Source: Polyangiaceae bacterium
GTDB taxonomy: Bacteria > Myxococcota_A > Polyangia > Polyangiales > Polyangiaceae
Direction of reading: 5' to 3'
Length of the DNA stretch: 64,000 bases
Assembly (NCBI GenBank): GCA_044376115.1
Contig: JBILLK010000004.1
Coordinates: 1-64,000 of the forward strand
Positions 49,256-58,855 of the stretch are shown here, one piece after another (positions within the stretch are counted from its first letter, which is position 1; each line of letters starts with the position of its first letter). Both the position numbers and the translations under genes were made by a program. The notes under the pieces are model-generated. The model was not told the DNA's origin and did not search any database. It was given only the letters and a program-made list of their open reading frames with translations.

Positions 49256-51130
49256 TCAGCCGCCGTCGATCGGAGGGACGGGCGGTTTGGCTGGGGTGGC
49301 GGTGGGAGCGGCCGTCGGCGCGCCAGTTGGAGCGGGCGCAGCGGTCGGCGTTGTCGTTGTTGGTGCAGCGGTTGTCGTCGTTGTTGGTGCAGCGGTGGGA
49401 CTGGAAGTCGGCAGGGCCGTACTGACAGGCTTGCTACTGGTCGCTGGCTTAGAGCTGGCTTTGGCTGAAGCTTTTGTCGTGGGGGCTGCCGTCGGCGTCT
49501 CGACGATCTCGAACGAGTCGGCCGGATCAGCCGAGGCCGTCGCGGTTGCGACTGGGGCTTGGGTCGCCGCCGGTTTGCATTCGCCAGCAGCGTTCTCGCT
49601 CGGCACCGGGGCTGCCGTCGCAGCGGGCTCGCAATCGGTTGGGGTGCGCGGCGCCACCGCGAGACCGATCACTGCGCCCACCGCCAACGTGGTCACGAAG
49701 CCGAGCGCGAGCATCCCCACCGGAAGCACCACGCCACGACGCTCGTTCGTGGACGGAGGGGCTGGAGGCGCAGCGGGTTGAACCGCTGCAGCCGACGCAA
49801 GCCCGTTGATTTCGGGCATGGAGCGGCGTGCGTCAAAGTCTGGCAGCACGCTGTCACCGAAGGACGGAAGAGGCGCGCGCGGAGCCGGACGCGATTCAGC
49901 CGGAGCCCGACCAATCGGAAGGATCTCCGGGACCGACGAAAGTGGAGCCCGCGGCGCCCTCGCCGCGACGGGCGCTTCATCTTTGGGAGCGGTTGCGCGC
50001 GTCGCCTCTGGCGCGTGAGCGCCATTGCTTGGCTTGTCCGCCCGCACGGTGTCCGGCGCTTTTGACCCTGGCGAACTGCTCGCGGCCGGCGGCGCGGCTG
50101 CCGAGCTGGCACTTGCTCGCGGGGCCTCTGGCGAGGCCGAAGCGGGCCGGCCTGCCGCTGGGCGCGGGTTCGGCGGACGCGGCCGCTCGACCGGCAGCGC
50201 AACAGGCGAGATCTTCACGGCGGTTCTTCCGCCATCGGTGGTGGTGTCCTCCAGCTCGGCCAGCTCTTGCGCCCGAACTTGTAGCGCTTTGGCGACCTTG
50301 AGCATCTCCGCTGCGCTCGGGTAGCGCTGCGAGGGCTTCTTCTTCAACGCCCGCGCCACCATCGCGATCAGCCCGGTTGCGAGTTCATCTTTTCGCGAAG
50401 TCGTGAGCGCCGGAGCGTCCTCGATCAACTTCGCCCGCGCCAAATCCTCCCCTCGTCGCTCGCCAAAGGCGTGATGCCCTTTCACGGCGCGGAAAAGAAT
50501 GATGCCCACCGCGTACAGATCGGTCACCGCCGTAACGTCGCGCGAGTTCAAGATCTGCTCGGGCGCCATGTACTCCACCGTGCCGAGCGCGATGTTGGCG
50601 CGCGTGATCCCGGTGACCTCTTCTCCTTGCGAGGGGATCAACCGCGAGATGCCGAAATCCACCACCATCGCGCGCGTGCTGCCGTCAGGCATCGGTCGCA
50701 TGATGATGTTGCCGGGCTTCAGATCGCGGTGAACGATGTTGGCGCCGTGCAAATCCGAAAGGGCGCACAAAAGGTCCACCGATAGATCGATCGCTTCCTC
50801 GATCGTGAGGGTGCGCTCCTCGAGCGTCGACGCCAGACTCGGCCCTTCGATGAAGTCCATGACCAGCACCAAGCCGAACGTCTCGTCATCGAAGAAATCA
50901 CGGACCTTCGCGACGTAGGGGCTCTCGAGCTTGCCGAGGAGATAGGCCTCACGCTTGAAGCGCGCGACTACCTCATGGTGCTTCGCCGCCGTCGGCAAAA
51001 GGTGCTTGAGCGCAACTTTGGAGCGCTTCTGGATGTCCTCCGCAGCCCACACTTCGCCCATGCCACCCGCACCAACGAGCTGTTTGAGGCGGTACTTTCC
51101 CGCGATGGCCGCGCCGGGGACGAAGTCCAT
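49256..51130 (-). CDS. Membrane Ser/Thr protein kinase
   Basis: GAGGMGEV, VALK, HRDLKPGN, DFG, YMAPEQ, then Pro-rich linker, TM and Thr-rich tail. Confidence 0.95.
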   Translation of the reverse strand: MDFVPGAAIAGKYRLKQLVGAGGMGEVWAAEDIQKRSKVALKHLLPTAAKHHEVVARFKREAYLLGKLESPYVAKVRDFFDDETFGLVLVMDFIEGPSLASTLEERTLTIEEAIDLSVDLLCALSDLHGANIVHRDLKPGNIIMRPMPDGSTRAMVVDFGISRLIPSQGEEVTGITRANIALGTVEYMAPEQILNSRDVTAVTDLYAVGIILFRAVKGHHAFGERRGEDLARAKLIEDAPALTTSRKDELATGLIAMVARALKKKPSQRYPSAAEMLKVAKALQVRAQELAELEDTTTDGGRTAVKISPVALPVERPRPPNPRPAAGRPASASPEAPRASASSAAAPPAASSSPGSKAPDTVRADKPSNGAHAPEATRATAPKDEAPVAARAPRAPLSSVPEILPIGRAPAESRPAPRAPLPSFGDSVLPDFDARRSMPEINGLASAAAVQPAAPPAPPSTNERRGVVLPVGMLALGFVTTLAVGAVIGLAVAPRTPTDCEPAATAAPVPSENAAGECKPAATQAPVATATASADPADSFEIVETPTAAPTTKASAKASSKPATSSKPVSTALPTSSPTAAPTTTTTAAPTTTTPTAAPAPTGAPTAAPTATPAKPPVPPIDGG

Positions 51131-51186
51131 GGACGCCGGAACATAGCAGACACATCGCGTTCCTTGGGTGCTAGCGTGCGACCCCG

Positions 51187-51927
51187 GTGAAACTCAGCGA
51201 CGCCGACCCAACTCGTGCAAATTCTGCCAGTTTTCGTCCAGTGGTCATCGGAATTGCCGGTGGCAGCGGGTCTGGCAAGACAACCGTGGCCAATCGTATC
51301 CGCAGCCAGGTGCTCACTGGGGATGACGGAGGTGGGCGGCCTTTGACCCGCGACGTCGCGGTCCTCGAGCACGACGCCTACTACCGCGATCGGCAGGATC
51401 TCTCGTACGAGGACCGCTGCCAGCTCAACTTCGACCACCCCGATTCGCTCGAGACCGAGCTGCTGGTCGAGCACGTGCGTCGCCTGCGCGCAGGCGAAGA
51501 GGTCGAGACGCCGATCTACGACTTCAAGAACCACCGGCGTTCTGAGCAGACCCGCCGCGTGAGTCCCACCCGGGTGATCATCATCGAGGGCATCCTGGTC
51601 TTCGTCGAGGAGGCCCTTCGCGCCGAGATGGACGTCCGCATCTACGTCGACACCGACGCCGACATTCGCGCCTTTCGCCGCATTCGCCGCGACATCGAGA
51701 AGCGCGGCCGCACCTTCGAGTCGGTGCGCGATCAGTACTATCGCTCGGTCCGCCCGATGCACCTCATGTTCGTCGAGCCGTCCAAACGCTACGCCCACGT
51801 GATCCTGCCAGAGGGCGGTGACAACCACGTCGGCATCGAGCTCGTTACCTCTTTCGTGGTCGGCTCGATCAACGGCAACACGCCAGTCTCGAGCCGAGTC
51901 GCCATGCCGGAGCCCAGCGAAACCTAG
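51187..51927 (+). CDS. udk: Uridine kinase
   Basis: GIAGGSGSGKTT, DAYY, NFDHP, RRIRRD..RGR, FVEPSK. Confidence 0.95.
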   Translation: MKLSDADPTRANSASFRPVVIGIAGGSGSGKTTVANRIRSQVLTGDDGGGRPLTRDVAVLEHDAYYRDRQDLSYEDRCQLNFDHPDSLETELLVEHVRRLRAGEEVETPIYDFKNHRRSEQTRRVSPTRVIIIEGILVFVEEALRAEMDVRIYVDTDADIRAFRRIRRDIEKRGRTFESVRDQYYRSVRPMHLMFVEPSKRYAHVILPEGGDNHVGIELVTSFVVGSINGNTPVSSRVAMPEPSET

Positions 51928-51934
51928 CCCGGCC

Positions 51935-52426
51935 TCAACTCTCCGCTTCGAGTTCGATCACCCACGACATCTGCGCTTCATCGAAGCGGGCGTTCACTCG
52001 GTGCGGCCGGCAACAGACCGCGCAATCCTCCACATAGCTTTGCGTGCGTGCGCCGCCCTCATCAGGCACCGTCTCAAATGGCTGCGCGCACACAGTGCAG
52101 CGCAGCTTCGCCCGCTGCCGAACACGCGGCGCGCGCTGGCGCTCGAGCTTGACCCCGCGTTCTTCTTCGAGCCGGTCCAGCGCGAGTTCGCGATCCCAAA
52201 CGGCGCGCTCGCCACGAAGAATCGAGCGCACGCTGGACCAAGGGAGCGCACCGTTGGGCTCGAAGCTCTCGAGCGGCACCGTCTCGAGCCCATCCGACTG
52301 TTCACAGACAACGGAAAATTCGCTCGGTTCAAAGCCCTGATCCCAGCGCAACAACTCGATCGCCTCAGCCGCCGAGCGAAACTTCCCTGACGCCCCTCGC
52401 GGCCCGCTCTCTTTGTTCGCCGTCAC
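51935..52426 (-). CDS. MJ1316/DUF504-like domain fused to a CPXCG-family Cys-rich zinc finger
   Basis: LRWD..F..V..E..L..VPL..F..LPW..VR..VWDR..LDRL, then CTVC..QSYVEDCAVCCRP; GTG start at 52426 inferred. Confidence 0.65.
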   Translation of the reverse strand: MTANKESGPRGASGKFRSAAEAIELLRWDQGFEPSEFSVVCEQSDGLETVPLESFEPNGALPWSSVRSILRGERAVWDRELALDRLEEERGVKLERQRAPRVRQRAKLRCTVCAQPFETVPDEGGARTQSYVEDCAVCCRPHRVNARFDEAQMSWVIELEAES

Positions 52427-52524
52427 CCTCTCAAGCTGGACCAACCCAACTTGCTTTTCCAGCGTCTTTTCAAAACCGTGCAAGCAATGTGAACGTAGAG
52501 CCCTCCTTGGTTTAGGATGGCCCT

Positions 52525-54726
52525 GTGCCCGACCCCTCCGCAGTTGTGCGCCTGCCTCGTGGTGGGGTGTACATAAAGACGCCGGCAGGCCCTGTTCAGG
52601 TCGGGGTCCCACCCGAGACCATCAAAGACTCGATGGCGCTCGGCCTCCCGGTCGCTTCGGTTTACGTGGTTCCGCCGGATCTCTTCGATCGCCGTCGCGG
52701 GCTGACGCTGGCCGAGATCGAGTTCCCGGCCTACTTCAACTACTTCATCTTGAAGCGGCGCGCCCGCGTGGTCGTCGAGTCGGAAGAGACGGCCGAGCGC
52801 CTGCGCACGATGATGCGAGAGTCTCTCTTTGGTTCGCGCAGACCAACGAACCACGAGGAGTTTGCGGACAGTATCCCAGTCGACGCGCGCCCGGATTTTG
52901 CGCGTGAGACCGATCACTTTCGCCGCGGGCCCGACGGCAGCTGCCGTGACGTCGACGACCTTTTGGAGTTCTGCGTGATCGGCACTTTCGGCGCCGTGAT
53001 CGATCATCGTTTGCGCATCACCAAGCTAGCCGCTGCGCCGATCTCGGTGAGGAATCCGCAGGCGGCGCCGCCAGGCAGCTACGCCATCGAGGTGGACGGC
53101 GTCGAGGTCGCGCGCACGCCCGCTGTGGTCGAATGCCCCGACCGCGTCACGCCTTCCAGCGCGCGCGTGGTCGCCTTCGATCCGCCGGCCTTCGGGCTGA
53201 CCGTGCTCGGAGCGAGCCACGGCTTCGATCCCAACGGCAAGACCACCGGCTACCTTTTGTGGATCGGCCGGCGCGGCATCCTTATCGATCCGCCCGTCGA
53301 TACCACGCAACACCTGCGCGAAAGCGGCGTGATGCCGAAGACCATCGACGGCGTGGTGCTCACCCACTGCCACGCCGATCACGACAGCGGCGTCTTCGCC
53401 AAGCTGCTCGAGGAAGGCCGCACGCGGCTCTACACCACGCCCACCATCCTCGCCTCCTTCCTCAAGAAGTATTCGGCCTTGAGCGGCATCACCGAGGACC
53501 AACTGCGCCGCACCTTCTCTTTCCAACCGGTGCGCATCGGCCAGCCCACCTCGGTCAACGGCGCCGAGCTTTACTTCTTCTATACCCTGCACTCGATCCC
53601 GACCATCGGCTTCGAGGCCTTCTATGGCGGCAAAAGCCTCGCCTTTTCGTCCGACACCTTGTACCTCCCGAGCGAGATCAATCGCCTAGCAGAGACTGGC
53701 GTCATCTCAAACGGTCGCAGGGACGCGCTTTTGGGCTTCCCCTGGCATCACTCGATGATCTTTCACGAAGCCGGGGTTCCGCCGCTGCATACGCCGGTCG
53801 CACCGCTCGCAGCCTTGCCCGCTGACGTGAAAGAGCGGCTCTACTTGGTGCACATCGCCAAGAAAGACGTGCCTCTTGATAGCGGACTCAAGGCGGCCGA
53901 CGTCGGGCTCGAACACACCAAGCGCATCACAGTGGAGACGCCCGCCCACGCCGATGCCATCGACGTGTTCAACGTCTTCTGTTCGATCGATTTCTTCCGC
54001 GACCTTCCGCTATCGCGAGCGCGCGAGCTCCTGCTCTTGGCCAAACGTCGCCGCGTCGGGCCGGAGCAACAGATCATCGCGCAACACTCGGAGGGGCACG
54101 AGTTCTTCGTGATCGTGCAAGGCTCGGTCAGCGTGATGAAAGACGGTAACTACGTGAAGAGTTACCACTCGGGGGACTACTTCGGAGAGACCGCGCTGGT
54201 GCTCAACCAACCGCGCACGGCGGACGTGGTGGCGCGAACCAACGTGGAGCTGTTGACGCTCGACCGCCACGCCTTCCTCTACTTGCTGCGCGGCACCGAC
54301 ATTCCGATGCGGCTCGCTCGGCTGGCCAAAGCGCGCGAGGCCCGTAGCTGGGAGCTGTTCGAGCAAAACCGCGCTTTGCGCCAGCTCTCGAGCCCACAAA
54401 AGACGCAGCTGCAGACCTACCTCGAGCTGGTGCTGCTCAAAGAGGGGGACGTCCTTTGGCGACGTGGCGAGCCCATCACCCAGGGCTTTTTGATCGATGA
54501 CGGCAAGATCATCATCGAAGGTGATGGCGGGCGGCCCGAGCCGTTCGGCTCCGGCACCTGGTTCGCCGATGTCGACGCGCTGCGCACGCCCCGCCTGCAC
54601 AGCAACACCGCGTACGTCATGGAGCCGGGCCAGGCCTACCGCATCGACGGTACCGATCTGGTGAAGTTCCTCGACGGCAACCCGGGCGTGTTGCTCTCGA
54701 TGATGGGCTCCGACATCACCGAGTAG
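52525..54726 (+). CDS. Metallo-beta-lactamase-fold phosphodiesterase with two cNMP-binding domains
   Basis: PPETIKD, GASHGFDP, THCHADHD, HSIP, GDYFGETAL..PRTADV. Confidence 0.85.
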   Translation: MPDPSAVVRLPRGGVYIKTPAGPVQVGVPPETIKDSMALGLPVASVYVVPPDLFDRRRGLTLAEIEFPAYFNYFILKRRARVVVESEETAERLRTMMRESLFGSRRPTNHEEFADSIPVDARPDFARETDHFRRGPDGSCRDVDDLLEFCVIGTFGAVIDHRLRITKLAAAPISVRNPQAAPPGSYAIEVDGVEVARTPAVVECPDRVTPSSARVVAFDPPAFGLTVLGASHGFDPNGKTTGYLLWIGRRGILIDPPVDTTQHLRESGVMPKTIDGVVLTHCHADHDSGVFAKLLEEGRTRLYTTPTILASFLKKYSALSGITEDQLRRTFSFQPVRIGQPTSVNGAELYFFYTLHSIPTIGFEAFYGGKSLAFSSDTLYLPSEINRLAETGVISNGRRDALLGFPWHHSMIFHEAGVPPLHTPVAPLAALPADVKERLYLVHIAKKDVPLDSGLKAADVGLEHTKRITVETPAHADAIDVFNVFCSIDFFRDLPLSRARELLLLAKRRRVGPEQQIIAQHSEGHEFFVIVQGSVSVMKDGNYVKSYHSGDYFGETALVLNQPRTADVVARTNVELLTLDRHAFLYLLRGTDIPMRLARLAKAREARSWELFEQNRALRQLSSPQKTQLQTYLELVLLKEGDVLWRRGEPITQGFLIDDGKIIIEGDGGRPEPFGSGTWFADVDALRTPRLHSNTAYVMEPGQAYRIDGTDLVKFLDGNPGVLLSMMGSDITE

Positions 54727-54774
54727 CGCCATCGAGGTGGAGGGCGCAGCAACCTCGCGCCCCCGACTGGCCGG

Positions 54775-56934
54775 TCAAACCCGCTCGACGTTGACCACGC
54801 CTTGAATCTTGGTGAGCCGGCGCATCACGTTCTTCAGCTGGTTTAGATCGCTGCAGAGGAAGGTGAACACGTTGGTCGCACGGCCATCATCGCTGGCACG
54901 ACACTGCGCCTCGCTGATGTTGATGCCCTGCTCGTGGAAGGTCTGGCCGATGGTCGCGAGGATGCCCAGCTTGTTCTGGGTCATCACCTTCACCTGCACC
55001 GGCCGATTGATTTTCGCTTTCGCGTCCCAGGTTATCTCGACGCGCCGATCCGGATCCGAGTCGAACGCCTTCGGGCACGCACGCCGATGCACGGTGACGC
55101 CCCTGCCCCGCGTGATGAAGCCAACGATCTCATCGCCCGGCAACGGGTTGCAGCACTTGGTGTAGCGCACGAGCACGTCATCCACGCCAGAGAGCTTGAT
55201 GCCGGCGTTGTCGCGCCCGGTGATCTTGCGAACGAACTGCTCGATCTTGCCTTCACGTAGGCTGGGCGGCACGCTCGGCGGAGAGTTGCCCTCGGCCGGC
55301 GCCAGGAATTCAATCACGGCTCGCGTGTTGACCTTGCCGTAACCGATGTTGACGCACAGCTCATCGAGGCTCGTGACCTTGAACTCCTCGAGCAATTTCT
55401 TCAGGTCGTCATCGCTCTTGGTCAGTTTGGACAAGCTGAGCGAGGCGCCGTGCATCTCCTTCTCGAGCAAGCTGCGTCCGAGCTTGAACGACTTGTCGCG
55501 CTGTTCGGTGCGCAGCGTTTGGCGGATGCGCGAGCGAGCGCGCCCGGTGACCACGAAATCGAGCCAATCCTTGGACGGAGCCTGGTCGGGCTTGGTCGTT
55601 ACTTCGACCACGTCGCCGTTGCGCAGCTTGTAGCGCAAAGGGACGATCGTCCCGTTCACGCGCGCGCCGCTGCAGTGAAGCCCGACCTCGCTGTGAATGG
55701 CGAAGGCGAAGTCGATCGGCGTCGAGCCGCGGGGAAACACGCGCACATCGCCCTTCGGCGTGAACACGTAAACCTCGTCCTGAAACAGGTCGACCTTGAC
55801 GCTCTCGAGGAATTCGGCCGGGTCTTTGAGCTCCTTTTGGAACTCCATCAGCTGGCGCAACCAACCGAAGCGCGCCGCATCCTTCGGATCGATACCGCCG
55901 GAGCGCTCCTTGTACTTCCAGTGCGCGGCGATGCCCTGCTCGGCGACGCGATGCATCTCGTGGGTGCGGATCTGCACCTCGATGCGCTCTCCACCCGGGC
56001 CGAGCACGGTGGTGTGCAGCGACTGGTACATGTTCGGCTTGGGCAGCGCGACGTAGTCCTTGAAGCGGCCCGGGACCGGCGTCCATTGGCTGTGAATCAC
56101 GCCGAGGCAGGCATAACAATCCGCCACCGACTCGACCACGCAGCGGAAGGCGATCACGTCGTAGACGCCCTCGAAGTCCGACTGCTGCGACTGCATCTTG
56201 CGCCAGATCGAGTAAAGGTGTTTGGCGCGGCCAGTGACGTCGACCGCGAAGCCTTGCTTGGCCAGCTTGGTCGACAGCAGCTTCGAAACGTCGGTGATGT
56301 AGCGCTCGCGCTCGGAAGCCGACTTCTTCACCTTCTCGAGCAGGCCCTCGTAATGCTCGGGATCGAGGTACTTGAAAGAAAGGTCCTCGAGCTCGCTCTT
56401 GACCCGCGCGATGCCGAGCCGGTTGGCCAGCGGTGCATAGATCTCCATCGTTTCACGGGCGATGCGGTCTTGCGCCTCCGCCTTCATGAACTCGAGTGAG
56501 CGCATGTTGTCGAGCCGATCACAGAGCTTGACCAGCAACACCCGAATGTCGCGGGCCATGGCGACGACCATCTTGCGGAAGTTCTCTGCTTGGCGATCTT
56601 CGCGCGAGATGAAGTTGATCTTCGACAGCTTGGTGACACCGTCGACGAGGAACGCGACCTCTTCACCGAACTCACGCTCGAGGTCGTCGACGGTGGCCAG
56701 CGTGTCTTCGACGCAGTCGTGGAGCAGGCCCGCGCAGACGCTCGCAGCGTCGAGCTTGAGCTCGGTGATGATGGCGGCGACGTTCGTCGGGTGGACGAAG
56801 TACGGGTCCCCGCTCTTTCGCATCTGCCCGTTGTGAGCCTTCTCGGCGAAGCTAAAAGCTCGCTCGATCAGGGCGGCATCCGCATTAGGGTGGTACGAAC
56901 GGAGACGACCGACTAGGTCTTGGGCTGATACCAT
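54775..56934 (-). CDS. relA: Bifunctional (p)ppGpp synthetase/hydrolase Rel
   Basis: HNGQMRKSGDPYFVHP, intact HD motif (LHDCVEDT), RFKDY, EVQIRT, TGS, CCNP, ACT. Confidence 0.96.
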   Translation of the reverse strand: MVSAQDLVGRLRSYHPNADAALIERAFSFAEKAHNGQMRKSGDPYFVHPTNVAAIITELKLDAASVCAGLLHDCVEDTLATVDDLEREFGEEVAFLVDGVTKLSKINFISREDRQAENFRKMVVAMARDIRVLLVKLCDRLDNMRSLEFMKAEAQDRIARETMEIYAPLANRLGIARVKSELEDLSFKYLDPEHYEGLLEKVKKSASERERYITDVSKLLSTKLAKQGFAVDVTGRAKHLYSIWRKMQSQQSDFEGVYDVIAFRCVVESVADCYACLGVIHSQWTPVPGRFKDYVALPKPNMYQSLHTTVLGPGGERIEVQIRTHEMHRVAEQGIAAHWKYKERSGGIDPKDAARFGWLRQLMEFQKELKDPAEFLESVKVDLFQDEVYVFTPKGDVRVFPRGSTPIDFAFAIHSEVGLHCSGARVNGTIVPLRYKLRNGDVVEVTTKPDQAPSKDWLDFVVTGRARSRIRQTLRTEQRDKSFKLGRSLLEKEMHGASLSLSKLTKSDDDLKKLLEEFKVTSLDELCVNIGYGKVNTRAVIEFLAPAEGNSPPSVPPSLREGKIEQFVRKITGRDNAGIKLSGVDDVLVRYTKCCNPLPGDEIVGFITRGRGVTVHRRACPKAFDSDPDRRVEITWDAKAKINRPVQVKVMTQNKLGILATIGQTFHEQGINISEAQCRASDDGRATNVFTFLCSDLNQLKNVMRRLTKIQGVVNVERV

Positions 56935-56961
56935 GCTGGAAGGAGCTCCACGTTGCGTGGA

Positions 56962-58236
56962 ATGAGTGAGGGTACCACCCGCGAGCGTCCCTCGCAAATT
57001 CCCGCAGTTTCGGAAACGGCGTCTGCGGCGATTGACGGCTCGCTTCGGGTTGGCGGCGGAGCGTCGCGGGGCTTTGCCGCCTACGTGCACTTTCCGTATT
57101 GCCTGAAGAAGTGCCCGTATTGCGACTTTGCCTCGTTCACCACGCCGCGCGAGGAGATCCCACACGAGCGCTACCGCGACGCCGTGGTCGCGGAGATCGG
57201 CCTTTGGGCGCAGCAACGACCGAGCTGGCCGAAGCTCAGCTCGGTCTTCTTTGGCGGTGGAACGCCCTCGCTTTGGCTTGCCTCGGCCCTGGGCGATGTC
57301 GTGCGTGCGTTGCAGAGCACCTTTGGCTTCGAGAGCAACGTCGAAATTACAGCGGAGTGCAACCCGACCTCGCTCGATGAACGCAAGGCGAGCGAGCTGC
57401 TGGAGGCCGGCGTCAATCGGCTGAGCATTGGCATTCAGTCGCTCGACCGCGACAGGCTCGCCTTCTTGGGCCGGCTCCACGACGTGGACGGTGGCCTGGC
57501 TTCGCTGGCCGCTGCTCGAGCAGCGGGCGTAAAGCGGCTCAGTTGCGACTTGATCTTCGGCGTCGCCGGTGGTCGCGCAGAATCACCGGAGGACGCGCGC
57601 GCCGAGGTGCTCGCGCTCGCCGAGTTCGGCCTCGAGCATTTGTCGGCGTACGGCCTGACGATCGAGGCGGGCACCCAGTTTGGCGAGCTGGCGCGTCGCG
57701 GCCGCCTTCCGATTGCCAGCGATGATCTGATCGCCGACTCCTTCTCGGCCATCGATGAAGCGCTCACGGCGGTTGGCTTCACCCACTACGAGGTCTCCAA
57801 CTACGCGCGACCGGGCGAAGAAGCGCGCCACAACCTTTCGTATTGGCGCGGGGATGACTACCTCGGCCTCGGCTCCTCGGCGGTTGGTACGCTCAGCGAG
57901 CCGAACTCCGGCAATGCCACGCGCACCAAGCATCACCCCAACCCCGAGCGCTACATGAATACGGTGCTCGGCGGTGAGCTGAAGCCGCTCGAGACCGAGC
58001 ATCTCGACCCCGAGACGCGGGTGCGCGAAGCGCTGATGCTGGGACTGCGGCTGGCCGAAGGGGTCGACCTTGGTGTGCTGAGCGAGCGGCTCGGCGTGCA
58101 AGTGCGCACCGCCGAACGCGAGCGAGCCATGCGCCAACTCGAGCGCGCGGGCCGGCTCGAGATCTCCGAGCAGCACCTGCGAATCCCCCGTGCTGCCCGG
58201 GCCTTCAGCGATGGCATCGCTGCGGCGCTGTTCTAG
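56962..58236 (+). CDS. hemW: Radical SAM heme chaperone HemW
   Basis: YVHFPYCLKKCPYCDF, GGGTPS, YEVSNY, HNLSYW, YLGLG. Confidence 0.92.
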   Translation: MSEGTTRERPSQIPAVSETASAAIDGSLRVGGGASRGFAAYVHFPYCLKKCPYCDFASFTTPREEIPHERYRDAVVAEIGLWAQQRPSWPKLSSVFFGGGTPSLWLASALGDVVRALQSTFGFESNVEITAECNPTSLDERKASELLEAGVNRLSIGIQSLDRDRLAFLGRLHDVDGGLASLAAARAAGVKRLSCDLIFGVAGGRAESPEDARAEVLALAEFGLEHLSAYGLTIEAGTQFGELARRGRLPIASDDLIADSFSAIDEALTAVGFTHYEVSNYARPGEEARHNLSYWRGDDYLGLGSSAVGTLSEPNSGNATRTKHHPNPERYMNTVLGGELKPLETEHLDPETRVREALMLGLRLAEGVDLGVLSERLGVQVRTAERERAMRQLERAGRLEISEQHLRIPRAARAFSDGIAAALF

Positions 58237-58260
58237 CACGCGCCGCTTCGCGAGCCCGCG

Positions 58261-58845
58261 CTAGCTCTTCTTCTTGTCGGGCGTGAAGCGCAGCGAGTAG
58301 CTGACGACGGTGGTGCCAGTCTTGGGCTTCTCGAAGTCGACGCCCAGAATCACGTCACGCACGCACTGCTCGAAGCCCTCGCCCGCGATCGCGCTCTTCC
58401 ATTTCTTGATCTCGGCCTTGCCGCCGGCCTTGTCGATCTTCAGATCGATGCTCACGTCACCGCCTTTGGCTTGATCCTCCGCTTTGGCGAAGCAGGCCTT
58501 GAGCGCGTCGAAGTGAGGAGCGACGCTGCGCTTGATCGGCCCCTTGGTGACGTCGTCGTTGGGACCACCACCGATGTGCATGCCGATGTTCTTCACCGTC
58601 ACGGCGGGCAGCGGCGGAGCCTCAGGGGCCGCTGCCGCGCTGGCAGAGGCCGTCGTAGACACCACTGCGCTGACTGCCGTAGAGGCTGTGGGCTGCGGCG
58701 GCGCGCTCACGGTTGCGCTAGGCGGAGCCGCTGAGAGCTTCGCCGTTGACGGCGCCGCGCTCGAAGCAGCGCTTTGCGGAGCAGCCTTTTCGCCACCGCA
58801 GGCAACGCACGCAGCCGAAACAACCAAGAACGAGAGCTTGACCAA
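58261..58845 (-). CDS. Lipoprotein with AgmX/PglI (TonB-C-like) C-terminal domain
   Basis: GAGGAG RBS before TTG, lipobox CVAC, LKACF..G.V...I...G..CV...F.KP..VSYSLRF. Confidence 0.7.
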   Translation of the reverse strand: MVKLSFLVVSAACVACGGEKAAPQSAASSAAPSTAKLSAAPPSATVSAPPQPTASTAVSAVVSTTASASAAAAPEAPPLPAVTVKNIGMHIGGGPNDDVTKGPIKRSVAPHFDALKACFAKAEDQAKGGDVSIDLKIDKAGGKAEIKKWKSAIAGEGFEQCVRDVILGVDFEKPKTGTTVVSYSLRFTPDKKKS

Positions 58846-58855
58846 CGAGGACTCC

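Noticed and set aside
56935..57480. 182-aa N-terminal extension of Rel
   Set aside because: It is antisense to hemW; Rel homology begins at ATG 56934.
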